A DNA stretch of 64,000 bases from Macrostomum lignano. Taxonomy: Eukaryota. Of the stretch, positions 11,900-24,400 are shown one piece after another (the stretch's first letter is position 1; each line of letters opens with the position of its first letter). The stretch spans positions 62,001 through 126,000 of the forward strand of contig NIVC01001664.1 of assembly GCA_002269645.1 (NCBI GenBank). The letters run 5' to 3'. Position numbers and translations under genes: made by a program. Under the pieces are notes generated by a model, which worked only from the letters and a program-made list of their open reading frames with translations, searched no databases and was not told where the DNA came from.

Positions 11900-12120
11900 C
11901 AGCTCAGCCGCAGCTATTGCGAGGCGCATCCGAAGGCTGCGTACGGCTGTTCAGCCCAAGGACTGGGGAGTCGCCACACACACCCTCAATTACCCAGCTA
12001 ATGCTGTCACCCATTTACAGCTGGGTGAACTGAAGCAATGCAGAGTGAAATGTCTCACTCAAGGACACAAATTGTACCAGACGACCTTTCAGTAGTGAGT
12101 CCGACGCTACAACCGAGACT
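11900..12120 (+). mobile_element. SINE-like fragment with Meta-domain-like core (12006-12071)
   Basis: cacccatttacagctgggtg...aaatgtctcactcaaggacacaa resembles the MetaSINE central domain as I recall it. 3' part resembles a SINE tail. Confidence 0.5.
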
Positions 12121-12176
12121 AAAACCTACCCTATAATGGCACTTTGACTTTGCAAGGTCCATCAAAACAGACGCAC

Positions 12177-12701
12177 CTGATCTGACAGCTAATTCGCCCA
12201 TTCTCTCCAAGGTCTTCATCCACAACTGCGAATCGAATCAGAGACCGGGCGGCTTGTCTCGTTAACTAAAATTGCGGTCAAGCCAGATTGCACTGGCCAG
12301 ACAAACCGCGGTCGTCGATCATTGACGTCTACGACCTCCAGCGTTACCGTCAGGCAGCCGGTCAGCGCAGGTTCTCCGCCGTCCACTGCCGCCAAGACGA
12401 AGCCAAAACCGTCAGGATTGGCCTCTCGATCCAGTGGCGCTAGCAGCTTCACTGTCGGCTGTTGAACTTCGCCAGACTCGAGCGGCAGCAGACGAAAATG
12501 CCGATCGAACTGCGCCTCGTCTGGCCGCTTAGCAGCCAGCCGGTACTCGCTTATCGCCCCGTTCAACCCCGGCTCGTCAGCGTCCAAAGCGACCGGCAGC
12601 GACAGGCTGAATCCCGACGGCGTGTCCTCTGTCAGCGCGTAGCGGCGACGGCTGCCGTCTTGAAACACTGGCGGGTTGTCGTTGACGTCCAAAATTACAA
12701 T
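12177..12701 (-). CDS. Protocadherin exon 2 (EC2-EC3), with 1 frameshift
   Basis: DVNDNPPVF, ALDADEPGLNG, LDRE, DGGEP, DVNDRRP. AVVDEDLGENGRISC follows in a shifted frame. Confidence 0.88.
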
Positions 12702-12931
12702 CTGGATTGTATGAGACGATGAGTAACAACACTTTTAGCTGCTGTACTTGCTTGGGCTCTGGAACACCTTAATCCGGGCGGGATCTTTGCCGTCTGACTC
12801 GTGCTCGTAATTTGCAAGGTTGTAAACAGTACTTTCAAGTCATTGTCACCAACCACTAACGCAAATATAAGCGCACTGATGCATCTAATTTCGCCGCTTT
12901 TGTTGAAAATAGGAAAGATTCTGGCACTCAC

Positions 12932-13321
12932 CTTCACTAAGCTGAATTGAGGTTGATGGAAACCCACTGGTTCCAGTCTGAGCAACCGACAGCACTCAAC
13001 TTGGCATTGCGATGACTGCCCCCCTAGTGCGCCGCACAGTGCCTCTCGGTCAAGCGGCCCGTTCAACGTGAGCCACCTGCCCGCCTCAATCACAAACGGT
13101 TGCGCGGTCGCAGCACCTCGGCTCAGTGCGAAGCCGCTTTCGCTGACTGGCAGCGGCAGGTCTGACAGCTGGACGCGAAAATCGTCACTGGAGGCGCCTT
13201 CGCAGACGGTCAGAGTGGCGGCCAACTTGGACGCCCGCGGACGCCCTGCTGCTAGAGCTGGCAAATCCGCTGTGACTGACTGGTACAGAGTCAGCAGAAG
13301 TGCAACAGTGAGCAGAAGCAT
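12932..13321 (-). CDS. Protocadherin exon 1 (signal peptide plus EC1)
   Basis: MLLLTVALLLTLYQSVTA signal peptide, GPLDREALC, donor AAG|GTGAGT. 390 nt, phase 0. Confidence 0.85.
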
Positions 13322-16300
13322 TGCTGTCCTCTGATTTTTCCAGTAGCAGCAATTTCTATTTATAGTGCCGCAACTTGTACGAAGCAGGCTTATTGAAGCT
13401 TTGTGCACTTGATGCATAATTAGTGGCGGCTTATTGCATATGGCACATGTAGAGTTTGACGCCTAAAGTAGAAAGACGAATGTGAAATCCGTCCTCCAAA
13501 TGCTATTGGCTGAGGCCAATACGAGATTGCAATTGGAGAGTTGAAAAGAATGTTCTCTTTGCCATTGGATGGCTTGATGATTGGTCAGTGTACCACTGTT
13601 GATAGTCTGCCTTGGGCCACTTTACATCCTGTTTGAGCGTGTGTACATGCATGAGTGCGTGCCTGTGTACAGTATTGGCGCGCTTGCATGTGCTCAGGAG
13701 TCAGCGAAATGTCCAGAATTGCCTCGGTGCTGGCTGTGGGATTGATTTCGCCGTGAAGGCGTTGCGTCAGGGTTGCCCATAATTTCTAAAACGTTTTCAA
13801 ATTGTAGTGAACTGGATTAAGTTTTCAGTGACTAAATGAGCTTACGAGCTCGTAATTACGAGTATGTTATTCAACAGATTATGTTTATATCAAACCGATA
13901 AAGGCTTAGAAAATGTTTCAAGCAACCAGCTTTCACTTTGAAACTTGACCTACCGCGTATCTGGTAAGACAAGGTGCGATGTGAGGTGTTGAGTTAGCGG
14001 AACAACTGGCCTTATCTCATCAGCTGTGCATCGCTGTGCCTGATTCGGCTTTGAACAAGAAACAGGGTGTGAAGTCTCGGCGCGAGAGACAATTTTAACA
14101 CGCGCCTTTTCCCAGCACTTAAGCCAGTCAGTTGCAATTCGACTGTCAAAGCTTCTTAAGTCCGGACTGACTACATACAAGGCATACATGCTTTCAGCCG
14201 TTGGGAACTTCATCCGTCGAAACCTTTTACCGTTTGGTGAAGAAAAGTGTCCGAGAAAACGACGCGCTGAAACCTGTCATGCCGGGATGCCAGTCCTTTA
14301 TACCGATGCGAAGTATTTTCCGGAATGGGAGGAAACGGAGGAAGGCCTGCGTGGCAACGGGGACTTCCGATAAAGAGATTTAGATGCCTGATCTGCGCCC
14401 CTCGCATCTCAGCTTTACGACGCATCGCCATGTTCGATGATCGAATTGCACTCAACTCGCTTGCAATTCGCTATCTGATGCCACAGTGTGCACTGTAAGA
14501 AAATGCAAAATCCTCTGGCTATACATCTGTTGGAACTGCACTTTTGTCAGTCTCCGATAGGGCTCGGCGCCAGGAAAAGTTGGGACAGTCGGGAATTCAA
14601 TTCAAGAACCAGGAGAAGGCTGCATGAAATTAGTGATGTTATATGACCTCCTTTGTTTATTTTTAATAGAGTATAGTGAGGCAGAAATATTATAAGCCTG
14701 TTAGGCCTTTGCATAGGACTTCTCTAGACATGGCTGCTCAGTCAGGAGCCACTAGCTAAGCTGCTAGGTGATATCGAGCGCCTGTCATTCTTAGCATCGC
14801 AGCTATGGCTCGAGAGAAAGCGGTGGTGACGTGTCGATCAACAGCTGCCCGATTAAGAAGTACAATTTAAGAGTTTCTTCCCGACTGCGACAGGTTTGGG
14901 AAGTTCCAGTTGTAATCCGATAATTAAAACATTACACTGTAATAGAGAGCCTTTGCGACAGAGCAGCTCAGCGGTAACGCGTTCGACTCTCTCAAGCCGG
15001 GTTTGTTTCCGCGTGTGGCCGCAACAAATTGCCTCAAATGGCCTCAAATTAGCACAGAGTGTGCACTCCTGACGATCGGAAAGCCAGGACCGCTATACAC
15101 CCTGTGCGAGTCTGTGCCTGCGGAATCAACATGACCATTTGTCTCCTAGCTGGTGACAGGGTCAGTGTCCTAAAGACTCGTTTACAGTGCCATAAAATGA
15201 GCCGTTGGATCACACGAGTTATGGTCAAAGTGACGACAAACTATGTATACAACCGTGTGACCGACTTGATTTGATGGCAATGTAAACGAGCCTTAAGCCA
15301 GCTGCAACCAACTAATCGTAGTTAAAGTAAAGTCCAAAGCTTGACAGCTGTGCCACAAAATTGCACAAAATTGTATGAAGCAGTGTCGCGAAAAAAAGTC
15401 GTCCAATACTCGTTGTGTAAGCGCTTAACTTTCTACTAACTCAAGTAGACTAAACAGAGTTGTTAGAAATGCGAGATGCGATTCTAATTCATAAAATGAT
15501 GCAGATGCGCTTTAGACGCAACTCAGTTATTCTAAAGCGACTCCAGCACGCCTCAGATACGACTCTGTGGCCCCAGAGACATTATAGAAGCGCCCCAAAG
15601 TCCCTTGCGTCGTCCCATGCAGTGTCGTTTGAGAATCTCTTTGACGACTTTTGGGCGACTTTCACTGTTACATACTCGTATATCGTTGTCTTAAAGTCAT
15701 TTAGAGTCACTTCTTTCCTATTTTACCTGCGTTACCTACAAAGACTCTGAAAAGACTCTGGGGGCGACGCAAGTGACTCTGGGACGCTGGGTTTATATAA
15801 GCTTTGCGTCCAGATGCAATTAAAGGTGCTTTCAGAACAAAACTTTATGCTGCAGTGAAGTGTCGAGCCTTTTTCCACTCATTTTTTCTATAAAAAAACC
15901 GCACGAGGAAGACGCCATCCCCACTGTTGACAAATTTTTCGATGCCTAATTCTTTGAAACACTTGAAGCTTGGGTGCACACAATTTAACAAAATGCAATA
16001 AGAATCCAGTTGACAACGGTCATGACTATAAAAATATTCAAAGATGTATAGGATGTTTCAATCAAAACTAGGGGTTTTTACATTTCCAGCATCAGCCAAC
16101 CAGGACTTTAACGAAGCACAAATAAAATAAGTATAACTTCCCACATGATCCAAAATGCACTCAATTTTCACTGCGGCTCAGTAGCACTCTGAGTCCCGCC
16201 CATCGGAAGACTATTTTTACCATGAAATTGTGAGTGACACGGCGATTTTGACCACTTTGATCAATATTTCAATCAAAGGAAGACAAGAATATGAAGTGTG

Positions 16301-16480
16301 ATAAATGAATAATGTTTTTCCGTTGTATACTTTTCTAATTAAAAAATAATTAGAAATATAATTTAAGAAGTACTCTGAGCGTGGAAATACGATACATCAA
16401 CATCAGCAAATCAAGACGGCAGTGGTGGGCAGAGTCCGGTCCGTGTCCGAGGTCAGTCGGTGCAGCGGAGCACCTGCGGC

Positions 16481-16756
16481 CTACTTGCCTGGGAACGGCA
16501 AGTGGCGGTAGATCCTGTAGGCAGTGCGAACCACGCGGTACACCCGCCTCCACCTGATGCGGATGCGACGGAATCTGATGCGCCACTTCTTCTGCAGCTC
16601 AGCAGCCTTCTCGTCCGTCATCTCCGGCTCGTCCATGTCAGCCAGAGCCTCCAGAGCCGCCATCGACTCCGCGTCCTCCTCCGACATCTCCTGGCTGGGT
16701 CTGGCGACGGCCAGAGCTGCGCACAGCAGGAGTCCGAGAACGAACTGCCACCTCAT
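16481..16756 (-). CDS. Secreted cationic (antimicrobial-type, arminin-like) peptide precursor, copy A, intact, 91 aa
   Basis: Signal MRWQFVLGLLLCAALAVA, acidic propiece, KK, mature WRIRFRRIRIRWRRVYRVVRTAYRIYRHLPFP, then GK*. Confidence 0.9.
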   Translation of the reverse strand: MRWQFVLGLLLCAALAVARPSQEMSEEDAESMAALEALADMDEPEMTDEKAAELQKKWRIRFRRIRIRWRRVYRVVRTAYRIYRHLPFPGK

Positions 16757-16900
16757 GCTTGCTTGGTTGAGTTGTGTAGCCTGATGAAGCTGAGAAGCTG
16801 AGAGATATCTCGTTTGCTGTTGGTTTATTTTTGCTCTCTCAGGCGTCTCGTATTTATGCAGAGAAACTCGGCACGTTTTTCCGCAAGTTGTTCTTTTTCT
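16757..16900 (-). promoter_or_regulatory. Conserved proximal promoter/5' UTR block of the peptide genes (TATA-like CATAAATA about 95-100 nt upstream of ATG)
   Basis: Near-identical upstream of all 7 copies. Function is inferred. Confidence 0.6.
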
Positions 16901-17585
16901 GTTTTCGCAATGGCCTTCACGAGCGGCTGCTTTCTTTTAGACTCAGGTCAGGAACAATAAAATTGCTTTCATATCTTTGAACGCTGTTGCTATTATCATA
17001 ATTGGGCACTTCTCAAGAATAGAGTGGCATTGACCGCAGCTACTGTCACCCATTTTGGTATTGTATTTTTCTGCAAAGCTTCGCGGAATGCAAGCCGTGT
17101 TTACATAGCCAGAAATCTTGCCATGCCACATCAGATAGCAATTTGCTCTTATTGTGGCCCTGAGTTCGTCGGCACTGCAAGTTCAGATGAAATTGCACTG
17201 CATTATTGATGCTTACTGAGAAGAACTGCATGTAACTGCAATCTGATTCGATTCAATCTGCTTCGACTGGTTCTGCTCGGAAATTTCCTATCGAATTGAA
17301 TTCCTTTATGATTTGCTTATCGCTTTTGCAGTTCAGTTTCCAGTCTGAATTACGAACGGATCTCATAATCGTATTAACCTTGGTACGATATAATGCTCCT
17401 ATTTTATTGAGTTTTTTACCTGTACGAATGCAAGAGCTGAGGGCACCCTGACTCAATGCATTGTGGGAGACCACGGTCATCAGTTCCATGGAGCTGTCAC
17501 ACGATAAATACAAAGCCAAAGCATTGGCTTTCCAGCCTCAACAGGGTGATATGGTACATTGTCACTTCTGCAGCAGCTACCTAAG

Positions 17586-18622
17586 GGCAGCTAGGAAAGC
17601 AGCAGTCTGTGCCTGTCTGTGCCTGTCTGTGCCAGTCTGTGACAGTCTGTGCCAATCTGTGCCTGCCTGTGCCTGCCTGTGCCTGTCTGTGCCTGTCTGT
17701 GCCAGTTTGTGCCAGTCTGTGCCAGTGTGTGCCTGTCTGTGCCTGTCTGTGCTAGTCTGTGCCAGTCTGTGCCAGTGTGTGCCTGTCTGTGCCTGTCTGT
17801 GCCTGTCTGTGCCAGTCTCTGCCAGTCTGTGCCAATATGTGCCTGTATGTGCCTGTCTGTGCCTGTCTGTGCCAGTGTGTGCCAGTCTGTGCCAGTCTGT
17901 GCCTGTCTGTGCTTGTCTGTGCCTGTCTGTGCCTGTCTGTGCTTGTCTGTGCCAGTCTGTGCCAGTCTGTGCCAGTCTGTGCCAGTGTGTGCCTGTCTGT
18001 GCCTGTCTGTGCCTGTCTGTGCCTGTCTGTGCCAGTTTGTGCCAGTCTGTGCCAGTCTGTGCCAGTCTGTGCCAGTGTGTGCCTGTCTGTGCCTGTCTGT
18101 GCTAGTCTGTGCCTGTCTGTGCCAGTGTGTGCCTGTCTGTGCCTGTCTGTGCCTGTCTGTGCCTGTCTGTGCCTGTCTGTGCTTGTCTGTGCTTGTCTGT
18201 GCCAGTCTGTGCCAGTCTGTGCCAGTGTGTGCCTGTCTGTGCCTGTCTGCGCCAGTGTGTGCCTGTCTGTGCCAGTGTGTGCCTGTCTGTGCCTGTCTGT
18301 GCCTGTCTGTGCCTGTCTGTGCCAGTGTGTGCCTGTCTGTGCCTGTCTGTGCTAGTCTGTGCCAGTCTGTGCCAGTGTGTGCCTGTCTGTGCCAGTCTGT
18401 GCCTGTCTGTGCCTGTCTGTGCCTGTATGTGCCTGTCTGTGCCTGTCTGTGCCAGTCTGTGCCAGTGTGCGCCTGTCTGTGCCTGTCTGTGCTAGTCTGT
18501 GCCAGTCTGTGCCAGTGTGTGCCTGTCTGTGCCTGTCTGTGCTAGTCTGTGCTAGTCTGTGCCAGTCTGTGCCAGTGTGTGCCAGTATGTGCCTGTCTGT
18601 GCCGGTCTGTGCCAGTCTGTTC
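17586..18622. repeat. 10-bp minisatellite (tgtgcctgtc / tgtgccagtc)
   Basis: About 100 decamer units. Confidence 0.97.
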
Positions 18623-18649
18623 CAGTCCGAGAACGAACTGCCATCTCAT
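18623..18649 (-). pseudogene. Peptide gene stub B (MRWQFVLGL only) fused to the decamer array
   Basis: Full promoter plus the first 9 codons, then minisatellite. Confidence 0.85.
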
Positions 18650-19497
18650 GCTTGCTTGGTTGAGTTGTGTAGCCTGATGAAGCTGAGAAGCTGAGAGATA
18701 TCTCGTTTGCTGTTGGTTGAGTTCTGCTCTCTTAGGCGTCTCGCATTTATGCAGAGAAACTCGGCACGTTTTTCCGCAAGTTGTTCTTTTTCTGTTTTCG
18801 CAATGGCCTTCACGAGCGGCTGCTTTCTTTTAGACTCAGGTCAGGAACAATAAAATTGCTTTCATATCTTTGAACGCTGTTGCTATTATTATAATTGGGC
18901 ACTTCTCAAGAATAGAGTGGCATTGACCGCAGCTACTGTCACCCATTTTGGTATTGTATTTTTCTGCAAAGCTTCGCGGAATGCAAGCCGTGTTTACATA
19001 GCCAGAAATCTTGCCATGTCACATCAGATAGCAATTTGCTCTTATTGTGGCCCTGAGTTCGTCGGCACTGCAAGTTCAGATGAAATTGCACTGCATTATT
19101 GATGCTTACTGAGAAGAACTGCATGTAACTGCAATCTGATTCGATTCAATCTGCTTCGACTGGTTCTGCTCGGAAATTTCCTATCGAATTGAATTCCTTT
19201 ATGATTTGCTTATCGCTTTTGCAGTTCAGTTTCCAGTCTGAATTACGAACGGATCTCATAATCGTATTAACCTTGGTACGATATAATGCTCCTATTTTAT
19301 TGAGTTTTTTACCTGTACGAATGCAAGAGCTGAGGGCACCCTGACTCAATGCATTGTGGGAGACCACGGTCATCAGTTCCATGGAGCTGTCACACGATAA
19401 ATACAAAGCCAAAGCATTGGCTTTCCAGCCTCAACAGGGTGATATGGTACATTGTCACTTCTGCAGCAGCTACCTAAGGGCAGCTAGGAAAGCAGCA

Positions 19498-20265
19498 GTC
19501 TGTGCCTGTCTGTGCCTGTCTGTGCCAGTCTGTGACAGTCTGTGCCAATCTGTGCCTGCCTGTGCCTGTCTGTGCCTGTCTGTGCCAGTTTGTGCCAGTT
19601 TGTGCCAGTGTGTGCCTGTCTGTGCCTGTCTGTGCTAGTCTGTGCCAGTCTGTGCCAGTGTGTGCCTGTCTGTGCCTGTCTGTGCCTGTCTGTGCCAGTC
19701 TCTGCCAGTCTGTGCCAATATGTGCCTGTATGTGCCTGTCTGTGCCTGTCTGTGCCAGTGTGTGCCAGTCTGTGCCAGTCTGTGCCTGTCTGTGCCTGTC
19801 TGTGCCTGTCTGTGCCTGTCTGTGCTTGTCTGTGCTTGTCTGTGCCAGTCTGTGCCAGTCTGTGCCAGTGTGTGCCTGTCTGTGCCTGTCTGCGCCAGTG
19901 TGTGCCTGTCTGTGCCAGTGTGTGCCTGTCTGTGCCTGTCTGTGCCTGTCTGTGCCTGTCTGTGCCAGTGTGTGCCTGTCTGTGCCTGTCTGTGCTAGTC
20001 TGTGCCAGTCTGTGCCAGTGTGTGCCTGTCTGTGCCAGTCTGTGCCTGTCTGTGCCTGTCTGTGCCTGTCTGTGCCTGTCTGTGCCTGTCTGTGCCAGTC
20101 TGTGCCAGTGTGCGCCTGTCTGTGCCTGTCTGTGCTAGTCTGTGCCAGTCTGTGCCAGTGTGTGCCTGTCTGTGCCTGTCTGTGCTAGTCTGTGCTAGTC
20201 TGTGCCAGTCTGTGCCAGTGTGTGCCAGTATGTGCCTGTCTGTGCCGGTCTGTGCCAGTCTGTTC
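19498..20265. repeat. 10-bp minisatellite, second array
   Basis: Same decamer, shorter. Confidence 0.97.
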
Positions 20266-20292
20266 CAGTCCGAGAACGAACTGCCATCTCAT
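20266..20292 (-). pseudogene. Peptide gene stub C (MRWQFVLGL only)
   Basis: Same junction as stub B. Confidence 0.85.
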
Positions 20293-21460
20293 GCTTGCTT
20301 GGTTGAGTTGTGTAGCCTGATGAAGCTGAGAAGCTGAGAGATATCTCGTTTGCTGTTGGTTGAGTTCTGCTCTCTTAGGCGTCTCGCATTTATGCAGATA
20401 AACTCAGCACGTTTTTCCGCAAGTTGTTTTTTTCTGTTTTCTCAATGGCCTTCACGAGCGGCTGCTTTCTTTTGAGTCTTTAGGCCAAGTGCAATAAAAA
20501 ATTTTTACCGCTTTTTCAATTGTCACCGCTGGGCGCTTCTCAAGCATAGGGAGGGGGGCATTGACTACAGCTGCTGTTAGCCATCTTTCTTTGCATTGTC
20601 TTTCTCTGCACAGCCCTTCGCCCTGCCAAGGCCGCTTCGTGGAATACAAGCCGTGTTTACGTAGCCAGAAAACCTGCCACATACGATAGCAATGTGCTCC
20701 TTTTATGGCCCCGAGTTCGTTGGCACAGCAAGTTCAGATGAAATTGCATTGCAATTATACTTATACCCAGACGCAATAGCAAAATATTTTGGCCATGATT
20801 CCACACTTTTCAGGTTCTAGGCCATAGACAAAAGGATTTGACAGTAGAGGCTTCCTTGAAATAATATATATATTAATTGATATTGAACAAATGCAATGTT
20901 GAAAACGCCAAATTGCATGAAAAAATGATAATTATCTTAAGCAAAACTTTTGCAACACACTTCATCAGTTTGTATAGTCAACATTTTACAGCGAGTGTTT
21001 ACTTATCGCCCCGAAATAAAGCTGCAGTTCTCAAAGCGGCAGTTCCATCTGCTCATTGAAGCCACTCACTTCCGGCAGGTCCGGCAGTTCTTCAGTTCCA
21101 TGGTCGTTCTCAATCCAATCAATGAAATCCCGCAAGGCCTGGTCATCGTGGTGGTCCGTTGAACTGAGCTCAGACAGCAGTTGCAACTCGTCCATCTTGA
21201 CTCCGTTTAGCGAGTCCGCGGGAAGATGTTTCCAGTAATAAGCGCAGCCATAGTTGCCTTGTAGAGAGAGAGCTTGAATTTTTGAGAACCGCATAACATA
21301 ATCAAAGACTTTGAGGAAACTGTTTTGTCTATGGCCCATCTAATTATATGGTAGACCTCGTATAGCTCTCGTGTGTTTCGTCTATGGTAAACTAAATCGC
21401 AAAACAGCCAATAGCACCAGGGCCAAGAAGTGTTGAATAATGGCAGCGACAAGTGTTAAA

Positions 21461-24400
21461 TAATGGTAGGTTAATATGAAGCACAAATTCACGTTAATGG
21501 CCAAGGGTACGCGCACGAGTGGCAATTTGGCCATTAACTTGAATTTGTGCTTCGTATTAGCTGCATTGATTGAATTGTCTATGGGTGAAAAGGCAGGAAA
21601 GAAAATATCGATGCGTACACTTCATGTCAATGGCCAGTACCGCAGATAACATTGGTGAAGCAGTTGTCTATGGCCGAAATTGGAGGCAGAAATAATAATA
21701 ACGCAGAAAGAATACAGACTTTGGACAGAATTTTCCCCAGTTGCTCTACTGTAGCTATGTCCGTTATCAACTTAATCAATTGGGGCAATTTGCCCTGCGA
21801 CGAACTTGGCAACATAACGAGTTCGGAGTTGGACTTCGTTGCTGCTGCTTCTGCGAGCGAACGCCATGACGAAGAGTTCGCAGCTTTTTTGCAATTCATT
21901 CAAGAGCCACCTTCGGATACCAGCAGTTTGCCGTTGCTTGAAGAAGACACGGTTGATATATCGGAGATGGACAGAGTCGAAATCGACAGTTTGCCACAGG
22001 ACACAAGGAAACAAATGTACCAGTTTGGACAACGCTTCCAGGAGTTCATAAAGTCCGAGAAACTAAAAGATATTGAATTCACTACAAACGAAGCACTGAA
22101 TCAGTATCTACGTTATTTTTCTATTTCAAGCTAAAAAAGCAGGAAGGATCAGTCTACTCTCCAGCAACGCTTATATGCATTCGGGCCGGCATTCAACGTT
22201 TTCTGCGGATGGTTTTGAAACGATCGGTTGACATCATCAATGGTGAGGAATTCCGATCGAGCAACGAAATGCTGCGCGTAAAGGTGCGCGAATTCCATCG
22301 AGCTGGACTGACCACTAAACAGTACAAACCAATCGAGACTGGTGATATGCAAAAGCTTGCATGCTACTTTGAGGGAGGTACGGCAGTGGCAGAGCAGGAC
22401 AAATTTCTGTTTTGTCCTTTATTGCTTGAGCGAAAGAGGCCAAGAGCACCTGCAGCATCTGACACGACGAGATGCATTAGAGCTGCACACCGACTCTGAT
22501 GGTAAGGAGTTCTACTGTCTCCCGCCCCTTCCGTCTAAGAATAAGTCCGCGGATCCAGTGAGAAGTAAAGCAAAACCCGACAACAAGCAGGCAAGGATTT
22601 ACGATACTGAAAAGGTACGACGGTATCTAGACCTTCTACCAGTTGAAACCAAGGATGAAACCAAGTGAGGAGGGCAAGGTGGAGACCAAGAAAGACGGGA
22701 AGCGCGCCGCTCCCGGAGCTGGGGCTCAGGCTCCGCCGGCCAAGCGGCAGCAGCAACCCGATTCCGAGCCTAAGAAGGCTATTCGCGCTGCTGAGTCCGC
22801 CTCGCGCGGACGTAGACCCGCCCGCAGTAACCGGCGGTCCGGTCTAATCCAGCGCGCACTTGACGAAGCTCAGTCTCTGAGACTTCACCTCGAGCAGACT
22901 CGTGCCGCTCGCAAAAGCACTGAAAGCCAGCCGAGGGAACTGAACGACGGCATGGCTCAGCCTTCCAACTGGTGGGATTACCACCAGCAGGACGCTGCCG
23001 GCCGAGCTCAGACTCCCGACGGCGGGGCGCAAGGCGAAGGCAGCAGCCGTACCCCAGTCGCTGGGGAGGAGGGCGGTGTGGCGCGGCTAGGTGACTCACC
23101 TGCCGTGGGCGCCGTGTCCGTCTCCGCGGCGGCTGGGGAGGCGGCTGAGCCTGAGCCAATGGAAATTGGCGACTCAACTCTCACCGATGAGGCTGAGAAT
23201 GAGTTGCTTTTCTCCTCCCCTGGACAGTAGACATGACTGTCTCCCAGGGCATCCACTGCTTGCAGGTCAACCTGCAGCACAGCATTGCTGCTTCAGTCAA
23301 CCTCTTGAAGCACACTGACCAATACGCGCCAGGGATTATCCTTATCCAGGAACCTTGGACGCTAAGGGGCAGTCCCCAACATGTCCCCACCGGCTACCAG
23401 TGTTTAACCGCTGGCACCCCGGGAGGGAAACCTGGCACCAAGATCCTGCATCATGGTGTCCAATTCTATTAACGCATGGCTCAGATCGGACCTGTCCACC
23501 AGGGACATCTGCGTCATCCAATCTGAAGACATACTCCCTGGGAGGACTACCCTCATCGCCTCGGTTTACCTACCGGGCGACGGCGAGATGATCCCAGTAG
23601 AGCTTGTCACACTGGTCGAGCTCTGCTCCACCAGAAATTATGAGCTGCTTGTGGCAGGCGATATCAATGCCCACCACACCCACTGGGGCAGTTCTGATAT
23701 AAACCAGAGAGGTGAAGACTTCCTGGCTTATATTGCTACTACAACCCTTGAGTTCTGTAACTCGGGTAGTACCTCTACCTTCAATAACGGACGCCGATCG
23801 GAGGTGCTGGATGCCACCCTCGCCACGCCCAGGCTCTTCCAGAGCACTAGGGAGTGGCGAGTGCTTTCTGAGACGTCCCTCTCCGATCACAAGTTCATCT
23901 CTTTCACGCTGACCAGCGCCCGAAACGCAGGCCAGCTTTACTGGAAACGGAATGCTAGGAATACCGACTGGACCGCCTTCAGGCTTGCCCTGGAGGAGAC
24001 CTATCGTTGCACTAGCACTCCAGTCTCCATCAACACCTGCGAGGAAGCAGATGAATTTGCGGCCGCACTTACGGACTCGCTCACTGAGAACCCAGGAGAA
24101 ACACTGGAAGCGATGCTAACAGCGTTTTTTCCGAACGAGCCAGCCAGGCCCGACCCCCCTGATCACTCAGTGGGCGGACACGTACTGGCCGACTCAATCA
24201 TCACGGAGGACCGCGTTACTAAAGCAGTCTCCTCCTTCAAACCCTTCAAATCCCCAGGACCGGACGGCGTTGTGCCAGCCTTCCTACGGGAGGCGGTGAA
24301 ATGCACACTGGTTTTCTGCGGAACCTTTGCCGGCTTCTGAAAGCCTGCATTGTTCTCGGCTTTGTTCCGAAACCCTGGACCGAGGCCAAGGTGGTCTTTA

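Larger units (their letters stand above)
18650..20292. repeat. Tandem segmental duplicate of 16757-18649 (promoter + spacer + decamer array + stub)
   Basis: Identical spacer ORFs at 17253/19146. The length difference lies in the decamer array. Confidence 0.93.

Noticed and set aside
13950-14455. Short ORFs and a possible spliced segment upstream of the protocadherin
   Set aside because: No homology, and no phase-linked partner exon could be established.
17461-20337. Long Cys-rich ORFs ([10 protein letters not shown]...) resembling metallothionein or keratin-associated proteins
   Set aside because: They are translations of a 10-bp minisatellite, open in several frames, with no gene structure.
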